From Octopus sinensis (taxonomy: Eukaryota), in the NCBI RefSeq assembly GCF_006345805.1, contig NC_043015.1, positions 33,294,001 through 33,358,000 on the forward strand: DNA of 64,000 bases, written 5' to 3'. The notes below the pieces were generated by a model. It saw nothing but the letters and a program-made list of their open reading frames with translations, ran no database searches and was not told the DNA's origin. Positions 53,571 to 64,000 of the stretch are shown here, piece after piece; position 1 is the first letter of the stretch, and each line of letters begins with the position of its first letter. The position numbers and the translations under genes are program-made.

Positions 53571-56403
53571 AATAATAACTGCTCTTTCCATCAGTTGGAT
53601 GAGGTTAATATTTATTGCAAGAGAACCTAATAAAGACATAATAGGCTAAATAATGAGATAAATATACAACACCTGATGCCAAGTTGACAAAATGAAATAG
53701 CTAATTCAGGAGGGACTAATTAGCAAAAACAATAGTTTGATAAACATACAAATCAGGTGTTCTATCATCAGCAAGTTAATATTAACTTATTTAAAATATA
53801 ATGCATTAAAATAAGTAACTAGTAGTGTAAGTATGTACTGAGGAGAAAAGATATTATTGATCAATGGCTAATAACGTTTCTTGCATACAACCAGTAAATG
53901 AGATGACTCCAGACATGTTTCAATATTATACTGACATCATCATCTTTCACTAAACTTATGAGAGATTACTACCTTTTAATGTTTAATAAATGTGCAGTGG
54001 TTGACATGATTTTTAGAGAATAAATAACTTACACACATCATGAATGTTGTAAGGTTTTGTAGCGAGAGCATGTTGCATGGTGGCATAACGTAGCAGTGGT
54101 GATAAATTGTGCTGCAATTAGACATACGTTGTAGCTTGGAAGAGGAGATATGATGTGGGCAGAGTCAGGTGGTGAGGACTTGCAGTGTGGTGGTTAAAAT
54201 GTTTGGCAATATAGGGTGGGAGTGAGCCCTTAATGTGCAGAGGTAAGGACATGTGCTGTTATGTGGTAGTGAAGGCCTTATCATATATTCATTCGTATGT
54301 ACATTACTGCCATAGAGTTGGGGGGTGAGGAGGGTAGTAAATGAGCAAAGAAAGGGAAAACAAAGAAATGTGAAAGTAGAACAGATGTTTAATGAGTGAA
54401 AGTAGGAGCTTAAGTTATTGTGATGCAAACAAAAGACAGGTTTGTCCATAAAGAGATAGCAGATAATGCCAGAAAACTTTTCTATCAGCTTATCGAGAAA
54501 GGGTAGAACTACAGACACTGGCAAAGAAGATTGACTGGAATTGTGCAAGAAAGACAGAAACAAGAAGAATGCTCTTTCTGTAAGTTAGATAAAATATGAT
54601 GTTTAAAATGTTGCAGCGATAACTTATTACACAACAACCACCTAAATGTTATCATATAAAAACATAGTGGAATGTTTGGTTGTTACTTTGGTAGAAGGAA
54701 TAAACTTTAGTGAAACAGACAATGGAATTCAGCCTAGGATCACAGGAACATGAGTTCAATTCTTATTCACAGATTTTCACTTCAATTTCAGTGCAGGTAT
54801 TTCATTCTGCTACACTTCATTCTATGTCTTTGTTTACGAAGCTATGAAAAATAGGTAACAGACCCTTTAGAAAGGAAACGCAAAATAGACTGCTGTCATA
54901 TTCAAAGTGAGATTTCTCTCTCACACATCCAGTTGGTCCTCAAAAACCTCTTGAAAATTAACACAAACTCTGCACCATTCCCAGAATATAGAGTGGATAA
55001 GAAATATGAAAGCTTACAGGAAATTGTCCTGAATACATATATTAGTGTCTAGATAAAATAATGATTGTAAGTTTCTGTCAACAAAGATTGTAAAGGTGTT
55101 GTTAATGGTCAGAAAACTAACACATGAAGTGAAATCATAGCAAACCTTAAACGTTGCTTGAAAAATAATATTTTGAGAAAGAAGAATAAGGTTAAAACAG
55201 GGTGTTGTGGAACTTGAGACAGAAAAACTAGGTCGATATTGAAAGGAGTAGAATTAGTTATGTTCTACTTTTAATCAGAAAGCATGAGAGATGTTGAGGC
55301 TAGAAAACACAGCTAAAACTGAATTATTTCACTAACTTCATATGACATATTCAGAAACAGACATCAGCATTTAAACAAGTTGAATTCACTGTGAACCCAT
55401 CAAAGAACAAGCGGTGGATGGACATGCTACAAGAAGCAGTGTAGGTGGACTCAACTCCTCTCTACATCCAGGGCCAATACCTTCCAAGTTAATGTAGTAC
55501 TGGATGCTACAAACAATAGCAATCTAAATACCATAACCCCTGTTCCCCACACACAATCATACAGCTCAATATAGACTCAGTAGAGAATCCATAAGTATTT
55601 CCTACTTCGTTGAATCTCAATAGAACAGAGTTACTTTAGGAATGGCTAGAATGAAAGTTATTTCCTTGTTGAGACCTTGTGCAGAACATGTCACTAACAA
55701 GTCTTGTACTAATATAAACAGTGCCACTCCCTTCATACAACACCGATCTACAGCAACAGTGTGTCACAAAGAACAACTTTGGATATTATTATACAAGTTC
55801 ACATGGTGTGCAAGATTATCCATGAATACTTCTTAATTGATGCTATATGTTACGTGTATTATCTACGAATTCCACATCTTAACTGAGGATATGCTATATA
55901 CAATATCACATTTTAACTGTTTTACTACAAAAATCAGATATACTCCCAAAATTTCATCATCCTTGACTGTAGATAGCAGTTTTATATACCATTCTATCCT
56001 TTGTTAAGGAATGTCATGTTTCTAACTATTTTTTGTCAAGTTTATTGAGGCAACGTGACTTGCAGAAAATATCATTTCTATTTCTTTTTTTTTTTGGTAG
56101 ATTCTTAACATCCTTATAGCCATGAAATTTAATTTTGTAGTTAAATGATTAAGTGAAGTAATGTTATATACAATATCTCTAAGTCTATGTTATATATATA
56201 TATGTTACATATAATATTTATGAGGTGTTGTTATATAAAAAATATCTATGAATATTCCACCTTAACAACTGATGCTACATTATATAGATCACATATGAGG
56301 TTATGTTGTATATACAGTATCTATAAGACTGCATTATATACAGTATCTGTATAGTTATATCATATATATATATATATATATATGTTTTCTTGTTTGGATT
56401 AAC

Positions 56404-56435
<32 letters not shown>

Positions 56436-57359
56436 TACAGTATCTAAGAGGTTATCTTATACACAGTATGTATGAGGCTATGCTAATACAATAAACTGCT
56501 GTTTATCTCTATGATTACAGTTACTGACATGTCAGAAACATTACTTCAAGAGATACTAATTGCTAAACAATGATTCCAATAAAGCAGAGACGGGGGGGGG
56601 GATATACTCGTTACTTGACTAGCTAAAAATAGTAACAAAATTGCCCTCAAATTATACCTTACATTCTAAAAATGCAAGGACTACATTATCTTGGATACAT
56701 TAATTTGATAAACCAAACTTATCAAACCCTCACAAGAATGAACCTGACAAAAAGATGAGGACAACAAATGATGGAAAATTTTAAAGAAATCAAGTTCGTT
56801 GTTACACGAGAGGAGGAAGCTGGCTTGATGTTTTGTATATTTTTTAACTCTCGGGGTAAGATTTTGGTTCTTTTTACTAGTGCTGTCAGAATATTGCTAT
56901 TGTGGTTTAGTGAACATATTCTTGCCATGATGTAAGCAGCAGCAGAATAACTGATATTTGGAACAATCACAAATAGAAAGTTAAATCCATTATCAATAAA
57001 CAATAGATGTGTAATTGGTAGATTCAGTGCTTACAACAACACAACCTAACAAAAAAGGAAAAAAGGAAAAAAAAGACAGTAAAGGGGAGATAATAAATAT
57101 TTAAAGCTCAACTGGCTTTGTGCTCTATTATCACCCTTGGGGCACCACAGCGAAATACCAGGAGTAGCAGAAGCAGGAAATCATTAGATCCATTGTATGG
57201 ACTTGAGGAAAGCTAAGTACAACTTGGAATGGTAGCGAAATCAGTTCAGACAGGTTAGCTAAATAAATAAATATATTGTAACATTTTTTTTTTCTATTCC
57301 TCAGTTAATCTGTCTCAAAATGATGCCTACTGTCAGCATCTGTGGCATCAGTGTTGCAA

Positions 57360-57570
57360 CAGACATGAGGTATTAGTTATGTCTTGTAAAGTTACCTGAA
57401 ACATTAGTTGTGTCTCTTACAAAAGACATGTAATATTAGTCATATAGGTATGTAGCATTTGTCATATCTTACAGGGGCCATGTAGCATTATCAATGTCTC
57501 GCAAGGACATGTAGCATTAATTATGTATTGCGAGGGATTTATAGTATTAGTCACGTTTTGCAAGGACACA
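57360..57570. repeat. Minisatellite, ~39 bp degenerate unit (gacatgtagcattagttatgtcttgcaa core)
   Basis: Repeated atgtagcatt..t.atgt.tt.caa motifs. Confidence 0.65.
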
Positions 57571-57734
57571 CGAATAAACAAGTGTTACTGGACATAGTTC
57601 AGGTACCACAACCCAGTAGCTCTTCCCTTATCTCTTCCAATATCATATGAAATGCTTAACATTTGCAACAACAATATGCCTCAAACCATGCTTGGTTCAG
57701 TGACCAACATCCCCTAGCCTGAAGTTAGAGTGCC

Positions 57735-57946
57735 ATCTGAGACCACCTTTGGTTCCAAGTTACTAATACCCTTGAGACAATCTTTAGTCCTAAGTTACCA
57801 ACTTACCTAAAACCACTGTTGGTTCTAAGTTACCAAATAAGGACCACTTCTGGTCTAAAATTACCAACTTACCTGAGACTACCTCTGTTTCTTAGTTACT
57901 AATTCATCTGAGACCACCTCTGGTCTTCAATTACCATCTCACCTAA
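57735..57946. repeat. Minisatellite, ~33 bp unit (ctgagaccacctctggttctaagttaccaacttac)
   Basis: About six diverged copies are visible. Confidence 0.75.
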
Positions 57947-59127
57947 AATTCCCCATATTCCTGTGCAGTTTCAAGTGAGATGGTATATTTAGATCCAAAT
58001 GTCAACTTACGTTACAGAATTATGGAAGAATCTTGTTTCTTTTAAAATTGTATTCCAAACACCATTTTATTTTATCAATAAATAAGAAAATATCCGTTAT
58101 TTAACCAAACCATTTCAATGATTAACTGAAACTGCAAGAGAATGTTATCACTGTATTGTGATGACGATTCTACATATATCGACAGACAAAAGGGAATTAA
58201 AGAATTGTAAGATATTTGTAAAACAATGACAGGGAGTTAAATAACGGCTTTATATTTGTTAAGAAACAAAATAAATCAATAAAACCAAAAACCAAATAAT
58301 AAGAAAAAATGTCAACAAAATGTAGACCAGAGGAGTTGAAATGGTTAAAACTGCTCAATTAGAACTCCACTAATGAGCAGGTAAAGGCAGTAATTCTTTA
58401 AATAGACAATCTTCACTTTATCTTGTCCATCTAAAGAAATATCTGAGTTGTTTTGTCCAGCTGATTAAGTGCTGCCTCACATATAGGTCAGTGAAGGTTT
58501 TCTTTATCAAGAGAAATATTTCTTCAAAGAATGTCACTGCCCAACACTTGTTTAAATGTCAATTATTTTCACTTTTGTTTCTGCTTTCATTTACCATTAT
58601 TTGTTTTTATTTCTTCTTCTCCTTTTTTTGTAACAAACTTATGCCAATGTTACCATTTTCCACATTTTGGAATCCAACCAACTTTAACTATAAGCAAATG
58701 ATATTTGAAATAATACACATTAAATTAAAATTGTCTTAGACATACAATGAAAATATCAAGACATTTTACTGTAACTACTTTTAGAGAAAATGCAGGGAAA
58801 AGAGAGATAGACAAAAAGACAGAGAGGAAGACTAGAAAAGAGGGAGGGTTGGAGGGTGAGTGGCAGCAGGCAGGAATGTGTGTGTGTGTGTGTGTTTGTG
58901 TTCACATGCAACAGTCTGTTCATGGTATATTCATAAAATATATTGACATTTATTATTAACAACACAAGAACATTTGAAGAGATCCATGACCAGAAACTTA
59001 ATTACTGGAATCAATAGATTTTCCTTTTTCTTCTTTTATTACTTATTTTTTGGCATTTTGTACAAATTAAAAAAAGACAAAAAAAAGTCTATTTATTAGG
59101 AAGCAGACTATTACGGAATGCTGTTAC

Positions 59128-59141
59128 CTGTGCCTAAGCAT
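59128..59141 (-). CDS. dlg1: Candidate alternative first coding exon of dlg1: MLRH(R)
   Basis: ATG CTT AGG CAC AG|gtaaca, phase 2, with an upstream in-frame TAA. Lies downstream of a stretch (59150-60500) without recognisable transposons. Confidence 0.35.
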
Positions 59142-59747
59142 AACTAGAACTAAACTTATTAGATGTGTGAAGATTTACAAAAAAGACCACAAAAAAAGAA
59201 AAAGAAGATATCACCACCACCACAACTGCATTCAATATGAAAAAGGGGACGGGGAAGGTGGGGTTGAGGGAGAGGAGATTCTGGCCCCTGAAGCTTCCAT
59301 ACATAGCAAAATCGAATTGAAGCATTTTGCACAACTTCATTAAAGATGGGCAGAGGGAGTTACCAAGGGAGGGAGGAGAGAATGGGGATATTTTATTACT
59401 TTTTTAAAAAATATCCATGTAAAAGAAACAACAAAAATTAAAAACACACAATCAACAGGCAAAAATCCTGAAGCAACAAGAAATAAGGTTAATGCATTTG
59501 TCTGTTTTGGGTTTTTTTTTCCTTGTCTTTCTAAAGTAATAATGATGATGATGATGATGATGATGATAAATGTAGGGCACTGTAATCGCAAATGAACATT
59601 ATAAATAGAGAAGGAAAAATTGCGTTTCATATTAAACAATATTGTAAAACGCACACACGTGTGCGTGTGAATGTATGAGCATCATGTGTTTACATATGTA
59701 TGTAGTTTGTGTGCGTGTGAATGTATGTATGTGCATGTGTAGTTTAA

Positions 59748-59779
<32 letters not shown>

Positions 59780-60669
59780 ACAAGTACAAATAAGCAAATA
59801 GACAAGTGATCTTTATTTCCTGTGGCATGGTTCTATGACTTATCTGTCAAAGCCACCTGAGATAAAAACATCGACATCATTAGTTCAACAGAGAGAAGTT
59901 GATAACGAGGGAGAAATTAACAGGGAGGAGAGGGAGAGAGAGAGAGGAGAGAGAGAAAGACAGAGAGAGAGCACAAGAGGCTTATTGCTAAATGCAAAGC
60001 CAGCTCAAGCTAGTTCTTGAAGAGCTGTAATAATTGCTGAAGGAACTGAAGACTAGGCATGAGTTGTTGTCGAGGAATAATTGCAGAAATGCACAGAGTG
60101 GTTAAGACAGCTGCTACATAGCAGCAATAAATCAGTGGAGAGAGAGAGGGAGAGGGAGAGGTAGAAGAGACCCTAAGTTGTTGTTGTTGTTGTCGTAATA
60201 CTTGTTAACTTAAGCGGAGCTTGCTTTCAAAAGTAGTATTTACTTGAATATGATATAAGCGGTTGTGACAAGTGAGTTATTATAGAAATTCAATAATGCA
60301 TCAGGTGTGTGATTGTATTGTTGAGAGACGACTGGCCTCGCTGAGATGGAGAACAGCCGGGGAGTTTGAAGAACTTTCAGCATCAATTGGAAAAAAAACA
60401 TATACGGCAGAGGAATGCAAACAATAAACTGACACTGATTGTGTGCACTCTCCCTCCTTTGGTTTTTTTCTTTTTATGAAAGTACTACAAGACAAGATCA
60501 CTGCAACAAATAGAGAATTATACACCTAAAAATCAAATGAAAGTTACGTCATGTATATATATCTATACATATGAATTTGACATGGGCAATTCTTTCTTGT
60601 CTTGGGATTCACAGTCAAACGGCTGGGTGGAACTGCACAAAAAATTACACAGATGTGTAGACTGATCTG

Positions 60670-60856
60670 GTGGTGATGCATTTTTTTCATAGCTCCAATG
60701 GTTACCAAGATAATCTACTATAAAAATACTCTTGTGTTTATGAATGAGAAAGGAAGGGGTGATGTCATATTTTTTCATAGCTCCCATGGTTACTGAGATA
60801 ATCTGCTATAATAATACTCCTGTGGTTTACGAATGAGAAAGGAAGGGTGATGTCCT
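60670..60856. repeat. ~88 bp tandem duplication
   Basis: atttttttcatagctcc.atggttac..agataatct.ctata...gaatgagaaaggaagggtgatgtc occurs twice. Confidence 0.85.
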
Positions 60857-61220
60857 ACTTGGTAGTGGGATGATGAAAATTGTATGCTGAAAAAATAAAT
60901 CAAACAGCGCTTCAACTCTGTGTGAATATATGTGTGTTTGTGTGTGTGTGCACAATGGAAGTGAGATGGTTCTTCTTTGTTTCCTTAGTATTTGGGTTTA
61001 TTTTCTGATTTGGTCAGTTATTTTTCGTGTTTTGACAGAAAAAAGTCATTCTAAAATTGTTTTTTAACGTAAGCATGCCCAAACAAGTCGAATGCTTACA
61101 CAGAACAGGTTTTACAGTCACATCATCCAAACCGACCGGATAAAACAGGGCTTAGCTGCTAAAATATGTGTGAGTGTGCACATGCATGTGTGTATACGTA
61201 TGTGCGTGTATGTATGTATG

Positions 61221-61263
<43 letters not shown>

Positions 61264-61264
61264 C

Positions 61265-61557
61265 ATGTGACTGACCAGGCTATCAGATGTTGCTACACAT
61301 CACTGGTCACAATGCGCTTCACATTGTTTTAGCCTTCAAATGATGCCACTCTGCTGGCTAAGTGAACAGGCCAACAGAAGAAAGAGTGAGAGAAAGTTAC
61401 GGCGAAAGAGTACAGCAGGGATCGCCCCCCCCCCCCTGCCGGAGGCTCGTGGAGCTTTAGGTGTTTCCGCTCAATAAACACTCACAACGCCCAGTCTGGG
61501 AATCGAAACTGTGATCCTACGACCTCGAGTCCTCTGCATTAACTACTGGGCCATTGC
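61265..61557 (-). mobile_element. tRNA-derived SINE (a different family)
   Basis: Minus strand begins caatggcccagtagttaa (A-box)...gtttcgattccca (B-box). Confidence 0.75.
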
Positions 61558-61695
61558 AAGAGCATCTAACCATAAAATCCAGGCCAAAACACAGTGGAAC
61601 CTGGTGCAATCCACTGGCTAGCAAGCTCCTGTCAAGACATCCAATCTGTGCCAACATGGGAAACAGACATTAAGCGATATTGATGATTATATATA

Positions 61696-61737
<42 letters not shown>

Positions 61738-61799
61738 ATCATCATTATCATTTTTATGTTGGTTTTTCCATACTGGCATGGGTTGGAAGACCTGACAGA

Positions 61800-62300
61800 A
61801 GCAGTGAAATATTGGGGTTGATGAAATAAAGTACCAGTTAGGCACTGGGATTGACTGAATGGACTACACATTCCTTTTGTGTGCTTTTGAACTTATTAAG
61901 GCAGTGAGCTGGCAGAATCATTAACAAGCTGGGTAAACTGCTTCACAGCATTTTCTCTGTCTTCATACTCTGAGTTCAAATTCTGCTGAGGTCAGCTTTG
62001 CTTTCATCCTTTCAGGGTCCATAAAATAAGTACCAGCCAAGTACTGGAGTTGATGTAATCAACTTCTCCCTCCCTTCACAAACTCCTAGCCCTGTGCCAA
62101 AATTTGAAAGCTTTGAAACATTAGCATCTCAAACGAAATGCTTAGTGACGTTTCAGTTCTGCCAAGATCAACTTTGCCTTCAGAGTTCTTTGCCTCGGAG
62201 TTCTCAAACTGGAATACCAGTTGAGCAGTGAGGTCAATGTGATCGACCGATACCCTCCTCCTAAAATTGCCAGCCATGTGCCAACATTTGAAACCATTGT
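61800..62300 (+). mobile_element. SINE cluster
   Basis: aaggcagtgagctggcagaatc...tctgagttcaaattctgctgaggtc...aagtaccag. Confidence 0.8.
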
Positions 62301-63171
62301 TATTAATATTAGCCCTGTTCCGTCACTGAAGACCAGTTCTTGGGATTCTTCTGCATCACATTTCTTCTAATAAATCAATTAAATCAATCCTGTTAATCAT
62401 CCCTACCAACACACAGTTACGTGATCTCCATAAATGCAGAGCAAAAGCTCGGTCTCTTCTCAAAGAACAGGAAAAACATTGAACGAGAGGTGTCAACTTC
62501 TTCAACCAGAATGTGGCACTAATTCCTCTTCCAATAACACAGTGAGAGCCGGATAAGATTAAGAGAGAGGGATTAAATGGAGGCAGGGGAAGGTAGATAT
62601 GAAAGGAAACATGGGGGGTGAGGGGTGGCAATAGAAAAGTGATAAAAATTGATATATTTTTTTTCTTAAGCATTAAGTCTCATATTTCTTTACATAGGCA
62701 GAGAGGAAGGGAATCTTTTCTGTGTGGTAACATTAATGCTTTCCAAAGTGTGGTTACAGAATGAGAAGTAATACTAAAACGGGAGGGGGGGACCCCCAAA
62801 ATCTTTTTTATTATAAATTAATAAGAGACCCTAGATAATATGAATAGGAGGCTGTGATGGTCATGCTTTTCTTAAGATCACAGAAAGAATAGGCTAATGA
62901 TTGATTTGACTGAAAATGAAAGACTTATTTGCGAAAATAAGAAAAAAGAATAATGAAGAAAATCCAGTAAAAAGGGAGGAGTTATTTAACAAATAAACTG
63001 ATAACAGGTGTAAACCTGAATAACAGCCAGTCCCCCAGTGTGCCACAGTAGCTGGCCACTGGAATGGATGGGGTGATGAGGAATATGGTTGTCATGGCAA
63101 CACAGAGCAACATTGGCAATGTCATATTTGCTACTAATGGCTTCTGTGGAAATCAGCATGAGAGAGAGAGA

Positions 63172-63292
63172 GAGAGAAGGGGAGAAAGAGGAAGAAGAGA
63201 AGGGGAGAAAGAGGAAGAAGAGAAGGGGAGAAAGAGGAAGAAGAGAAGGGGAGAAAGAGGAAGAAGAGCAGGGGAGAAAGAGGAAGAAGAGA
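63172..63292. repeat. Pure-purine minisatellite, 23 bp unit x ~5
   Basis: gagaaagaggaagaagagaaggg repeated almost perfectly. Confidence 0.9.
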
Positions 63293-64000
63293 CGTGGATT
63301 GAGTGATGAGAGAAAGGAAGGAAAATGAAAGAGTTAAGGGAGAGAAATACAGGATTTGTAGGAGAGAAAGAGAAGACATTTAAGTATTTCTGCTGTTTTC
63401 TGTTGAAAAATGGCAAAGTTTCTTTACAGAGACACACAGTACTTTTCTTGCTTCCACACAGAATAATCTGTATATCAGCCATTTTACTATAAATAGCAGC
63501 AAGATGTGAATAAATTACACTCCTACTGTTTTAAACAATGATGGACACATTTAACACATCTGACCAGGCCTGGTCAACCTTTTCCCAAGAAGCAGGTTTC
63601 ACGAGACATGGCAGATCATCAGGTGAGCCACACAACTGAAAAACAAATCAAGGTACTTTTACGTTTAGGTAAGTCATTCAGAAAGCCCTGTGAGCTTCAG
63701 TTTGTCAGTGATCACATCAACCAGATGGTCATGGCTGGAATATCATTGATCTATCAATGTTAACCTAGGACAAAAGAACAATAATTGCATTAAGTTTAAT
63801 GCGAGGGAAGAATACAAAGAATTCATAAGCAGGTATTAGCTTGGTAAAGGCAAGAACATCATAGAAATTCCATCATTAATTTTCTATAAAACGAAAAGCC
63901 ATGTGTCTGTTTAAGAATTGCCAGAAAAAAGAACAAGAACTTGAAAGAATTTTTTCACCATTTCAAAAATCAAGTCAGTATCAGAAACCATTGTCTAATA

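Noticed and set aside
57735-57946. Regularly spaced repeats superficially like a CRISPR array
   Set aside because: Head-to-tail degenerate units without unique spacers in a eukaryotic intron; a minisatellite.
61490-61557. tRNA-like A and B boxes
   Set aside because: A SINE head; no complete cloverleaf.
63064-63482. Charged or low-complexity ORFs (ERGRR/SPLL repeats)
   Set aside because: Translations of the 23 bp purine minisatellite.

Overview
AT-rich, repeat- and microsatellite-dense eukaryotic DNA. The SINE, LINE and MITE content resembles an octopus (coleoid cephalopod) genome; this assignment is an inference. The window appears to lie within the large introns of a minus-strand discs large (dlg1, MAGUK) gene. 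The one secure coding exon is 13772-13928, the first part of PDZ3 ([53 protein letters not shown]). Nearly all ORFs in the supplied track are repeat-derived or spurious. Two observations stand out. (1) Four short minus-strand candidate first exons (in-frame stop, ATG, phase-2 donor) are spread along the upstream intron. Each would splice in frame onto the PDZ3 exon and give a short PDZ3-SH3-GK isoform with its own N-terminus, one with a PSD-95-like double cysteine. (2) There are several Penelope-type hammerhead ribozyme motifs, including a ~375 bp foldback with an intact-looking core in the dlg1 sense orientation. No prokaryotic features, CRISPR arrays, tRNA or rRNA genes were seen. Repeat boundaries are approximate and were read by eye.
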